Positions 29,502-39,194 of a DNA stretch of 64,000 nt are shown one piece after another (position 1 is the stretch's first letter; each line of letters begins with the position of its first letter). The stretch is taken from NCBI GenBank assembly GCA_963662545.2, contig CAXXLL010000002.1:64001-128000 (forward strand). The letters run 5' to 3'. Under the pieces are notes generated by a model. It worked only from the letters and a program-made list of their open reading frames with translations, did no database searches and was not told the origin of the DNA. The position numbers and the translations under genes were made by a program. Source of the stretch: Gammaproteobacteria bacterium. Its GTDB lineage: Bacteria; Pseudomonadota; Gammaproteobacteria; Ga0077536.

Positions 29502-30763
29502 GGGAAGCAAACGAGTGGTTAGAAGAAAACATAGGTGAAAATCTAGCGCTCCTAAGCGGTTTTCCCTTTCCATCGAATAAGTTTTCCAATGAAGAGGGAT
29601 TCCCGCTAATCCGGATTAGGGATGTCGTCGAATCAAGCGTCGAAACCTACTACCAAGGCGCTGTACCTCCAATGTTCATTGTAAAACGCGGAGATGTTTT
29701 GGTTGGTATGGACGGCGATTTTAATTTGGCGAAATGGAATAACCGCGATGCTCTGCTCAACCAGCGGGTATTGAAGGTGGACGTTCTTGACGCAGAAAAG
29801 CTCGATATTAATTTCGTATTTTATTGGCTTCATTCATACATAAAAAAAGTCAACGACATAACAGCGGCAACTACAGTTAAGCACCTATCGACGAGGGATA
29901 TAAGAAAGGCTAAGGCGAGAATACCGAGCTTGCGCGTTCAAAAAAGAATCGGGTTGATATTGCAAACCATCGAAAAAGCCGAAGCGCTGATCGAAAAATA
30001 CCAGCAAATCAAAGCGGGACTGGTGCACGACCTCTTTACCCGAGGCATCGACGCCGACGGCAAACTGCGCCCGCCCCGCGAACAAGCCCCGGAGCTGTAT
30101 CAGCAAACCCCGCTTGGGTGGATTCCGAAGGATTGGGAAGTAAAAGGGCTTAAAGATGTGTACAAAAATCCTATACGAGATTTTGGGAGCTTCTCATCAA
30201 CTAGTTTGATCACCTTTCTAGAGGAGGGCGTACCGTTCATAAAGTCGGAAATGGTAAAGGAGGAAGAAATTGATTGGACTAGCGTTAGCTTTATTTCAAC
30301 TTCGGTGCATAGGCTTCTTTCTAAATCGCATGTGCAAGAAGGTCAAATACTATTCAGCAAAATTGGGTCGGCGCTCGGCAAGGCTGTTTTGTACGACGGG
30401 GAAAGAGGAGAGTGCAATAGCAACGCGGCTGTTGCCAAGATTGAGGTAAATGAAAGCATAATTGAGCCGCAATTTGCAGAAATATTTCTCAATAGTAATT
30501 TCGCGAGAAGGCAATTCGAGTTGATGATAATAAGCCTTCTTCCGAGGATAAATTTGGGAGACATCAATAAAGTGTTGGTCCCATTGCCGAAAATCGCGGA
30601 ACAGGAGTTGATTTGCACACGGTATAACTCGATAAGAGCGAAACTGCGGTCGGAAAAAAGCACGTTAGCGAAACTGCAATGCCGAAAATCCGGTTTATTG
30701 CACGATCTGCTTACTGGTCGAGTGCAGGTCAGCGCAGAGCAGCCCGAGGCGGCCCTTGTCTGA
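29498..30763 (+). CDS. hsdS: type I RM specificity subunit
   Basis: Two low-GC TRDs separated by KAGL.HDLFTRG..LGWIPKDWEV; distal KSGLLHDLLTG. Confidence 0.92.
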   Translation: MREANEWLEENIGENLALLSGFPFPSNKFSNEEGFPLIRIRDVVESSVETYYQGAVPPMFIVKRGDVLVGMDGDFNLAKWNNRDALLNQRVLKVDVLDAEKLDINFVFYWLHSYIKKVNDITAATTVKHLSTRDIRKAKARIPSLRVQKRIGLILQTIEKAEALIEKYQQIKAGLVHDLFTRGIDADGKLRPPREQAPELYQQTPLGWIPKDWEVKGLKDVYKNPIRDFGSFSSTSLITFLEEGVPFIKSEMVKEEEIDWTSVSFISTSVHRLLSKSHVQEGQILFSKIGSALGKAVLYDGERGECNSNAAVAKIEVNESIIEPQFAEIFLNSNFARRQFELMIISLLPRINLGDINKVLVPLPKIAEQELICTRYNSIRAKLRSEKSTLAKLQCRKSGLLHDLLTGRVQVSAEQPEAALV

Positions 30764-33700
30764 ATACACGGAAGTAGAACAGCCCTTCCTGCATCAGATG
30801 AAGGTGCTGAATTGGCAGACTATCGATCAAGGGCCGGACATCCCCTCCGATCCGACCAGAAGTAAACGACTAAATTTCCGCCAATGGCTGCTGCCAGAAG
30901 TTTTCGCACAATCGGTTGCCGCACTGAATACCACCGCAGATGGCGAGCCATGGCTGACAGCTAAGCAGTTGCAGGATTTACAAGACCAAATCCTGCGCCA
31001 GCCCAACCGCACCCTCCTGGAAGCCAACGAGGCCATCCAGAAGTTGTTTTTCAAGGCGCAGGTGGATGTGAACGAGGTCACTGGCGAGCAAGACCCGGTG
31101 GTCAAGCTAATCGACTTCGCGAATCCCAAGAACAATCACTTCCTGGCTATCAATCAGTTCCGCATTGATACGCCGGGCTGCGTGAAGCAGTTCATCATTC
31201 CCGACATCGTACTGTTTGTGAACGGCATCCCGCTGGCGGTAGTGGAGTGTAAAAAGGGTGGGCCAACGTGCGCCAACCCGATGGCGGAAGCGTTTGAACA
31301 ATTGCACCGCTATATGAACCAGCGCCCATCGACGAAACAACAGGGTCTTAAAGAGGGCGAAGCGCGCCTTTTTCACTGCAACATGCTGCTAATCCGCACC
31401 AGCGGCGTGGAAGCTGATTACGGCACCATCACGTCCGGCGAGGAACATTTCTACCCCTGGAAAACGCAGTGGCCGGAGCCGGACAGTGTGGCCGAGGGCA
31501 GGAACCAGCAGCAGCAACTAATCAACGGCATGCTCAATAAACTCAACTTCCTTAGCGTGCTGCGGACATCATCGGTGTTTATGGATACCGACGGCGGGCC
31601 GCGCATCAAGGTGGTGTGCCGCTACCAACAGTTCCGTGCCGCGAACAAGATTGTCGAGCGACTGCGCGACGGTAAAACCGTCGAAGAGAAAAGCGGCGTG
31701 GTCTGGCATACCCAGGGTTCGGGTAAGAGCCTGACAATGGTGTTCGTGGCCCGCATGCTGCGTACCTCTAACGATCTGAACGATTACAAGATTCTGCTGA
31801 TCAACGATCGGGTTGATCTGGAAGACCAGCTCGCCCAAACCGCGACCCTGATAGGTGGCCGCGTGAATATCATCAATACCCGCAAGGCGCTGCGTGAGCA
31901 GTTATCGACCGACAGTTCTGACGTGAACATGGTGATGGTGCATAAGTTCATGCTGCGCGACCAAAGCCTGCCGCTGAAGGTGGCGGAGGCGTTGGGCACC
32001 TATCAGGCCATCCCGACCAGCCAAACCTTCGGCGTGGTGAATGATTCCGCGCGCATCGTGCTGATGATCGACGAGGCGCACCGCACCCAGGGCTCGGACC
32101 TGGGCGATAACCTTTTTGAGGCGTTTCCCAATGCCGCGCGTATCGCGTTTACCGGTACGCCGCTGATCACCGAGCGCCACGGTGAGAAGAAAACTATCGC
32201 GTGCTTTGGCGATTACATCGATACCTATCGTCTAATGGATGCGGTTAACGACGGCACTACTCTGCAGATCCTTTATGAGGGTCGCACCGCCGATGCCGCG
32301 CTGAACGACAAGCACGGCTTTGAAACCCAGTTCGAGAACCTTTTTAAGGATCGCGGCGAAGACGAGCTGCTCGCGATCAAGAAGAAATACGGCGCCACCG
32401 GCGATTTGCTGGAGGCCGAGCAGCGCATTGCCGCGATTGCCAGGGACATGGTGAAGCACTATCTGGAGCATATTTTTCCCAATGGCTTCAAGGCGCAGGT
32501 GGTGTGCCACTCGAAGTTGGCGGCATATCGTTATCAGCAGGCCATTCATGCGGCGCTGGCTGAAACGCTGACCGAACTGGAGGCGGCAGCCGAGCCGGAT
32601 GTCGAGCTGATCAAAAAGCTGCGGTTCCTGAAAGCGGCGGTGGTGATCTCCGGCGATGGCACGAATGAGGCGGCCTATATCACCGAGGCACGCAAACAGG
32701 CCAGGGCCTGGAATGCGGTTGATAATTTCTGCAAGCCATTTGCATTCGACGATCCGGACAAACCTTATGCGGGTATCGCTTTTCTGGTGGTGTGCGACAT
32801 GCTGATCACGGGCTTCGACGCCCCCATCGAACAGGTGATGTACATCGATAAAAAGATCCGGGAACACACCTTACTGCAGGCCATCGCCCGCACCAACCGG
32901 GTGAAGAAGGGCAAGAAGCGAGGTTATGTAGTGGACTACATCGGTCTCACGGATAACCTTACCGATGCCCTGACCCTGTACGCGGCCGCCGATGAACAGC
33001 AGGAACTGGCACAGGGTTTGAAGAGCATTGCCTCGGAAGTGCCGGTGCTGGAAGAGCGCTATCAGCGCTTGCTGCAGTTATTCACCGAACACAAGGTGGC
33101 GAATGTGCGCGAGTTCGTTGAAGGCACGCTGGCATCCATCGAGGAGGATGCCGCTGTAGTGCATGAGGCGGTGAAGCTGCTCAAAGACGAGAAAATCCGC
33201 GCTGATTTTGATGTTTATCTAAAGAAATTCCTGATGAGCCTGGACATTATCCTTCCGCACCGTTCCGCCCATGCGTACCGTGTACCCGCCAAACGCCTCG
33301 GATATATCTTGCGTGTGACCAAGGAGCGCTACAAGGACACCAGCCTCAATCTGGGCGATGCCGGGCAGAAGGTGCGCGACCTGATCAACGAGCATTTGAT
33401 AAGTCTCGGCATCAATCCCAAGGTGCCGCCGGTGGAGTTGCTGTCGGAAGACTTCATCGCCAACCTGAACCAGCACGCCGCCGGGAATGCAGAGGCCAAG
33501 GCCAGCGAGATGGAACACGCCATCCGTAAGCACTGCACGGTGCATAACGATGAAGACCCTGCGTTCTACAAGAGCTTGTCGGAGAAGGTGGAAAACCTGA
33601 TCGACCAATATCAGGACCAGTGGGAAAAACTTGCCGAGGAGTTGGAGAAGTTGCGTACCCGCGCCATCGACGGCCGCACAAAGGGCGAGGAGGGCATGAG

Positions 33701-34022
33701 CAAAGAGGCCACGACCTTCTATGAGCACATCGCTAATGAAGCCTTCAAGGATGGCGACGTACCGGCCAGCGCCAAACCCAAAATGAAAGCGCTCATGGCG
33801 GCGATTGTCGATACGCTACAAGACAGCATTGGCAGTATCGATTTCTGGAACAACAGCGATAAGCAGAAGAAAACGCGCAGCGAAGTGAAAACAGCCCTGA
33901 CCCTGACTGGCATCGCCGAGCTGAAGATCAACCGTGAACGCGTTGCAATCGAGATCATGAAGCTAGCAAAGAACCGCCATGATGAACTGCTCAAGGGCGC
34001 AGCCAAGGTAGAAGACGCATGA
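30756..34022 (+). CDS. hsdR: type I RM restriction subunit
   Basis: PDIVLFVNGIPL.VVECK nuclease motif, WHTQGSGKS, DEAHR, FTGTP, DMLITGFDAP and LLQAIARTNR. Confidence 0.95.
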   Translation: MSEYTEVEQPFLHQMKVLNWQTIDQGPDIPSDPTRSKRLNFRQWLLPEVFAQSVAALNTTADGEPWLTAKQLQDLQDQILRQPNRTLLEANEAIQKLFFKAQVDVNEVTGEQDPVVKLIDFANPKNNHFLAINQFRIDTPGCVKQFIIPDIVLFVNGIPLAVVECKKGGPTCANPMAEAFEQLHRYMNQRPSTKQQGLKEGEARLFHCNMLLIRTSGVEADYGTITSGEEHFYPWKTQWPEPDSVAEGRNQQQQLINGMLNKLNFLSVLRTSSVFMDTDGGPRIKVVCRYQQFRAANKIVERLRDGKTVEEKSGVVWHTQGSGKSLTMVFVARMLRTSNDLNDYKILLINDRVDLEDQLAQTATLIGGRVNIINTRKALREQLSTDSSDVNMVMVHKFMLRDQSLPLKVAEALGTYQAIPTSQTFGVVNDSARIVLMIDEAHRTQGSDLGDNLFEAFPNAARIAFTGTPLITERHGEKKTIACFGDYIDTYRLMDAVNDGTTLQILYEGRTADAALNDKHGFETQFENLFKDRGEDELLAIKKKYGATGDLLEAEQRIAAIARDMVKHYLEHIFPNGFKAQVVCHSKLAAYRYQQAIHAALAETLTELEAAAEPDVELIKKLRFLKAAVVISGDGTNEAAYITEARKQARAWNAVDNFCKPFAFDDPDKPYAGIAFLVVCDMLITGFDAPIEQVMYIDKKIREHTLLQAIARTNRVKKGKKRGYVVDYIGLTDNLTDALTLYAAADEQQELAQGLKSIASEVPVLEERYQRLLQLFTEHKVANVREFVEGTLASIEEDAAVVHEAVKLLKDEKIRADFDVYLKKFLMSLDIILPHRSAHAYRVPAKRLGYILRVTKERYKDTSLNLGDAGQKVRDLINEHLISLGINPKVPPVELLSEDFIANLNQHAAGNAEAKASEMEHAIRKHCTVHNDEDPAFYKSLSEKVENLIDQYQDQWEKLAEELEKLRTRAIDGRTKGEEGMSKEATTFYEHIANEAFKDGDVPASAKPKMKALMAAIVDTLQDSIGSIDFWNNSDKQKKTRSEVKTALTLTGIAELKINRERVAIEIMKLAKNRHDELLKGAAKVEDA

Positions 34023-34726
34023 ATGCCCGCCGCGTGAGAGACATCGATTACCAATTGCTGCCGGGGAGCAAGCGTAAAACGACAGATATCGTAATAGAGC
34101 GCGATGGTGTCGTGTCTGTGCGCCCGCCCGCCGATTACACCCCGGAGCAGGTCGATGCGGTGGTGGAAAGCAAACGCATGTGGATCTACCGCAACCTCGC
34201 CGACTGGAAGGATTTGAACGCCAGCGCGGTCGTGCGCGAATGGGTTAATGGTGAAACGTTTCTGTACCTTGGTCGCGCGTATCGGTTGTCCCTAGTATCC
34301 GATCAGGTTTGCGCCGTACAGCTCAAGGAGGGTCGATTCTGTCTGGATCGTGCGCTTATCGAACAGGGTGGCACGGCGGCGGCACGGCAAGCCTTTGAAG
34401 CCTACTTTTCTGATAAAGGCACGCACCGCATTACCGAACGTGTGGCTTACTTCGCGCCGAAAGTGGGCGTGAGGATGGCCCGCGTAAAAGTGAAAGATAT
34501 GGGGTATCTCTGGGCGAGTTGCGGCAAGAACGGCACGCTCAACTTTCACTGGAAGTGCATGATGGCGCCGCCGAAAATCATCGACTACATCGTGGTGCAT
34601 GAGCTGTGTCATCTCCATTACCGTAACCACAGCGATGCATTCTGGAACGAGGTGGATAAAGTGATGCCGGATTATCGCGAACGGAAAGAATGGTTGCGGA
34701 AGCACGGTGCCAGCCTGGATGTTTAG
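34019..34726 (+). CDS. M48/YgjP (DUF45) metallopeptidase-like protein commonly following hsdR
   Basis: GETFLYLGR.Y.L, WASC, IDYIVVHELCHL...NH...FW. Confidence 0.88.
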   Translation: MNARRVRDIDYQLLPGSKRKTTDIVIERDGVVSVRPPADYTPEQVDAVVESKRMWIYRNLADWKDLNASAVVREWVNGETFLYLGRAYRLSLVSDQVCAVQLKEGRFCLDRALIEQGGTAAARQAFEAYFSDKGTHRITERVAYFAPKVGVRMARVKVKDMGYLWASCGKNGTLNFHWKCMMAPPKIIDYIVVHELCHLHYRNHSDAFWNEVDKVMPDYRERKEWLRKHGASLDV

Positions 34727-34830
34727 CGGAAAGTGGCAGAGGACTTATGCGTGGCCCATAGCAACCAGCCGATTGGTACTCGTATGAGAATTTTCGCTTG
34801 CGCATGTGGGATAGCCACAAGGCACTAGGG

Positions 34831-35997
34831 ATGGCCAGCCAGTACTCGCATTTGCAGTTTTTCCGCCGCGTCCCGAACGAACTGCTGGCCCGCTATTTTT
34901 CATCGCAAGACGTAGCGCTTGGTCTTGATCTGACGAAGCTCAAACCCACCGAAGTGGAACCGCTACTCAGTGCCTTCATGCAGCTCGATGACGAACGCCA
35001 GGCCGGGATGGAAGCTGAGTTTCAGGATATGCATGCACTAGCCTGTGAGGGCGGTGTGGCCGCTTTGATAGATGAGGCGGCGTTTCATCCCGGCGACAGC
35101 TTCGTCTTCGAATTGGCGAAGCAGGAAGGCTTTCACGCGAAGGTCATGTGGGCGTTTCTGGAAAGGCACGCGTATTGGCGCGGCGCTAAGATGTTCCTGC
35201 ATGCGGATAACGTGAGTCCGTCGTACTGGAAGAAGCGGAATGATTTACCGAAGCTGCCGCCGCACGTAGACGACTCGGATATAGGGGCGTTGGCCACGGC
35301 GATCAGTGCATTGTTCGTTAAGGAAGGCCGCGGCAAGAACTGCAAGGTTGAGCCGTACCGGAGGCACAATCGCGAGTACTTTTTCGCGTACCCGGAAGAC
35401 TTTGCACAGCTCGGCATTGAGTGGATAAGCAACACGCTGAAGACACTGCCGCACCATCCGGCTTTTGAGATCATCTTTGTCTACTGCGAAGAAGAAGGTC
35501 CTCTGGATATTTATGCGCCGCGCAATACCAAGGCGGTTCCGGACTTGCAGCGCGCGTTTGCCAAGACGATTCTTAAGCTGGAAACGTTAGCCGACGGCAC
35601 GATAGACAAACGCGTGTATGACCTAACTCCGCTACAGGATGCGAATTTCAACTTTACAATTGCGCCAACCAGCGGAATAGCGAACGTGGTGGTAACGCTC
35701 ATGCGTTTAACGTTGCAGCACGGAACCAAGCGACGAATAACCCTAGAGGCAGACACCAAAAGCAATAGAAAGGCGGTGTACGATTTGCGGGATAGTCTGC
35801 AACTGCCTGCACATCACATCACGCAACTCGGTGTGAGAGTGACCTTCGAGTCGGTAGATGGGAAACGAGCGAGAATGCGCACATTCAATATCACATATCC
35901 TAATTCCTGTGCGCTCAACAATGACGGGTTGGACTTGAAGATCCGGAACATGCTGAACGACTCGGGCATCGAACCACGGGCGGCGGGAGCCGGTTGA
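34831..35997 (+). CDS. island-associated hypothetical protein
   Basis: 388-aa open frame with globular composition; first gene of the module leading to AlpA and the recombinase. Confidence 0.7.
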   Translation: MASQYSHLQFFRRVPNELLARYFSSQDVALGLDLTKLKPTEVEPLLSAFMQLDDERQAGMEAEFQDMHALACEGGVAALIDEAAFHPGDSFVFELAKQEGFHAKVMWAFLERHAYWRGAKMFLHADNVSPSYWKKRNDLPKLPPHVDDSDIGALATAISALFVKEGRGKNCKVEPYRRHNREYFFAYPEDFAQLGIEWISNTLKTLPHHPAFEIIFVYCEEEGPLDIYAPRNTKAVPDLQRAFAKTILKLETLADGTIDKRVYDLTPLQDANFNFTIAPTSGIANVVVTLMRLTLQHGTKRRITLEADTKSNRKAVYDLRDSLQLPAHHITQLGVRVTFESVDGKRARMRTFNITYPNSCALNNDGLDLKIRNMLNDSGIEPRAAGAG

Positions 35998-36001
35998 AGC
36001 C

Positions 36002-36793
36002 TTGAACATAGCGCAAGCGCTGGGTGATTTGCTGGCAGGTGTCGAGGCCGGGGTGGGTAGGACGATTATTGGTTATGACGCGGTATCGGCTTGGGATGCG
36101 ACGATCCTGGATACGTTCATATCGCTCGGCCTTCTCAAACCAGCGTCGGCGGCGCAAAGCCTTGAGTGCAAGGGCTGCGAGGAGCGCTGCTTCACCGATG
36201 TCGTGGTGCAATCGTCCAAGGAGGGCGAGGACCGTGCATTTGTGGTCTGCGAGGTACCTCACAAGCGGGAAGAAATGGGGCGAGTGCCAGTGCGCATGGA
36301 GCGCCTCGGCCAATGGCTTTGCAATGCAGAGCTACTTGCGCAGTTCATCGCCGCGCAGTTGGGTCTGTCTAACGAGTTTGCAGCAGGTAATGATTCGCGG
36401 TCGATTCGATTGGGCATGCTGAAAGGGCCGGAAGGTCGACGTTGGGTAACGTTGCTGACCGTGCCGCTGGCGCTGGAAGTTAATCAGCAGAACGTGCCGC
36501 TCTCTGAGCTGCTATTTGCGGATGACGGTGAGATCGCACTGGACGTTGCGCGTATTCAGTCTTTACTGGACATGCCTGCCGGTACAGCCGGAAAGTCATA
36601 TACGCCGAGTACCAGTGGGCGGGAAGCGCGCAAGCTGGCGACTCAGGCCATGTATCAGGATTGGCAGGATGCTTACGATTCGCTTCGCGAAGAACATCCT
36701 GACCAGACCAAGAAATGGTATGCGTTAAGACTTGCCCGCACGCCGGTGGCGCGCCGCCGGGACTCGGAAACTATTCGCAAAAATATAAAGTGA
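36002..36793 (+). CDS. hypothetical protein with CxxCxxxC motif and possible C-terminal HTH
   Basis: LECKGCEERC motif; basic helical C-terminus; TTG start 4 bp after the upstream stop. Confidence 0.65.
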   Translation: MNIAQALGDLLAGVEAGVGRTIIGYDAVSAWDATILDTFISLGLLKPASAAQSLECKGCEERCFTDVVVQSSKEGEDRAFVVCEVPHKREEMGRVPVRMERLGQWLCNAELLAQFIAAQLGLSNEFAAGNDSRSIRLGMLKGPEGRRWVTLLTVPLALEVNQQNVPLSELLFADDGEIALDVARIQSLLDMPAGTAGKSYTPSTSGREARKLATQAMYQDWQDAYDSLREEHPDQTKKWYALRLARTPVARRRDSETIRKNIK

Positions 36794-37009
36794 AAAAGTT
36801 GGGCGGAAACTTTTCGCCCACGATACCTCTCTGATTCCGAAAGGAATTAAAGCTGGCCGCAATGGTAACGCCGGTTTCTTGCGGGGCGAATAACCCACTG
36901 AAAACCTGAAGAAGCGCACGATTTCGCGCGAGCCGCGACCTGATCCAATCGCCCAATTCGCCCATGCACCGTGGAACCTCATTCCTATTTGAACTTATGA
37001 GGTTTCATC

Positions 37010-37216
37010 ATGGCGCACGTCATATTAAGGCTACCTGAAATCATTGCCCGCACCGGGCTGTCGCGCAGCAGTATCTATTTGAGGATCTCGAATGGCGAAT
37101 TTCCGCGCTCTGTGTCGCTGGGAGGCAGAGCAGTGGGCTGGCTGGAGGAGGACGTGGAGCGGTGGTTGGCCGAGAAAGTTGAGGCCAGTCGCGAGGGGCG
37201 CGCGTGCCAAAGCTAG
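37010..37216 (+). CDS. alpA: AlpA-family regulator/excisionase
   Basis: ILRLPEIIARTGLSRSSIY.RI..GEFPRSVSLGGRAVGW; GAGG RBS. Confidence 0.92.
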   Translation: MAHVILRLPEIIARTGLSRSSIYLRISNGEFPRSVSLGGRAVGWLEEDVERWLAEKVEASREGRACQS

Positions 37217-37671
37217 TGAATCCCAATCTGGCGAAGATCCACCGGAACTACACCGTGGAAGATGTCGCTGCGTTATTCGGCGTTCATAAGAATACGGTAC
37301 GGAGCTGGATCAAATGTGGCCTGCCACTTTTAGATGACCGGCGGCCCAGTCTGATCCTTGGCGTCGAATTGCGAGGCTTCTTGCAGAAGAAAAGGCAGTT
37401 GCGAAAACGACGATGTACGCGGTTTGAAATTTACTGCTTGCGCTGCCGCGCGCCCAAACGCCCGGCTGAAAACATGGTCGATTATTCGCGTTTGAGCGAG
37501 TCGTCCGGGCGTCTCATCGGCCTTTGTCCAGATTGCCACAGCGTGATTAACCGGTACGTGAACGTGGCCAGCCTGGCAGAGATCCGGGTCGTTTTAGATG
37601 TTTCGATCCCGACAGCGGAGAAACACATAAACAAGAGCAGCGCTCTCCCCGTAAACAGTGACTTCAGCTAG
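37204..37671 (+). CDS. HTH DNA-binding protein with zinc ribbon
   Basis: YTVEDVAALFGVHKNTVRSWIK.GL; YCLRC and CPDC motifs. Confidence 0.8.
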   Translation: MPKLVNPNLAKIHRNYTVEDVAALFGVHKNTVRSWIKCGLPLLDDRRPSLILGVELRGFLQKKRQLRKRRCTRFEIYCLRCRAPKRPAENMVDYSRLSESSGRLIGLCPDCHSVINRYVNVASLAEIRVVLDVSIPTAEKHINKSSALPVNSDFS

Positions 37672-37683
37672 AGGGCTCAAACC

Positions 37684-38787
37684 GTGAAGAAACACCATCC
37701 CGATAACGAGCGTTTTAAGCGCAAATACTTTGTGTTTTTGAAGGAGGCCAAGCGTCAGAGCGAATCCTCAGTAGACGCTGTTGCAAAGTCCATCAATCGA
37801 TTCGAGTCATATACAAAATGGCGCGACTTTAAAGCCTTCCGTTTTGAGCAGGCAGTAGGTTTCAAGGCACATCTAGCGAAACAGCGAAATGGGAAAACCG
37901 GCGCCGCTTTGAGCAAGGCGACCATGAACTCGACGTTGCGCGCCCTGAAAACATTTTTCCAGTGGTTGGCGATGCAGCCAGGATATAAGTCCCGGATTAG
38001 CTATACCGACACCGAGTATTTCAACTTGTCTGAAAAAGACGCCCGAGTTGCGACGGCCAGACGAAACCGGGCGTATCCAACGCTAGAGCAGGTAAAACGG
38101 GCTATTGCGATGATGCCCAACGGTACGGCGATTGAGCGGAGGAATCGGGCACTGGTTGCGTTCACATTACTGACCGGCGCGCGGGATAGAGCGACTGCCT
38201 CGCTGAAGCTGAAGCATGTGGATCTCGAATCCAGAAGCGTTTTTCAGGACGCGCGAGACGTAAACACGAAAGCCAGCAAAACATTCACGACCTATTTTTT
38301 TCCGATAGATGATGAAATTAAAAAGATCGTGCGCGAGTGGGTGACGTACCTGAAAGAAGAATTATTTTTTGGCCCGGACGATCCGTTGTTCCCCAAAACA
38401 GAGGTGAAACAAGGAGCGGCCAGAGTGTTTGAGCCGGTGGGCGTTAAGCCGGAGCACTGGAGCAATGCGACGCCTATACGCAAAGTATTCAAGGATGCGT
38501 TCGAGCAGGCGGAATTGCCTTACTTTAATCCGCACAGTTTCCGCAAAACGCTGGTGCAGCTTGGCGAAACTGTTTGTCAGAGTCCGGAAGAGTTTAAGGC
38601 GTGGAGTCAGAATCTCGGCCACGAGGGCGTGTTGACTACCTTCCTCAGTTACGGCGAAGTGCAGGAGAGTCGCCAGGCAGAGATATTCCGGTCGCTTCAG
38701 GATTCAAGGCTTAGCCCTGATTCGCAGAGCGCAAGCGAATTTGCGAAAGCCGTGGCGCGTGAGATGAAAGCGCAGTCCGAAGCGTAG
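37684..38787 (+). CDS. tyrosine recombinase, not P4 type
   Basis: LLTGAR, TK.SK, PHSFRK, QNLGH and SYG catalytic residues all present. Confidence 0.9.
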   Translation: MKKHHPDNERFKRKYFVFLKEAKRQSESSVDAVAKSINRFESYTKWRDFKAFRFEQAVGFKAHLAKQRNGKTGAALSKATMNSTLRALKTFFQWLAMQPGYKSRISYTDTEYFNLSEKDARVATARRNRAYPTLEQVKRAIAMMPNGTAIERRNRALVAFTLLTGARDRATASLKLKHVDLESRSVFQDARDVNTKASKTFTTYFFPIDDEIKKIVREWVTYLKEELFFGPDDPLFPKTEVKQGAARVFEPVGVKPEHWSNATPIRKVFKDAFEQAELPYFNPHSFRKTLVQLGETVCQSPEEFKAWSQNLGHEGVLTTFLSYGEVQESRQAEIFRSLQDSRLSPDSQSASEFAKAVAREMKAQSEA

Positions 38788-39194
38788 CGTCAGGTGTAAT
38801 AGTCAGCATCCGATCTAACAGGCAGCATCAGATCCGCTTCAGCCAGCCACGCCTAAAGCGGACACCCAACCGATAAGAAAATGATTTTGTAGACCGACTC
38901 AAATCGACTCTATGCTGTCGGGCGGCTGGGTCGCAGACGCGGTGGTCAGGCCGAGCATAGCGGCCATTGGCGATCATACCGGCGATCCGCTATCGCGACC
39001 GTATCGGGACAACGCCGCATGCAGCGAGCAGGCGTTCTCATTTAATATCGGGCAACATATCGAGAGACTTCCATCGAAAGCAGCGGTCCGAATGAAGTCC
39101 GTGAGGACCGAAACGGGTCGCAGAGGCTGCGCCGATAACCACCACTTTCGCGCCTTCGGGATGAACGTCTGTTAACCTAGAGTGATCAGAAGCC

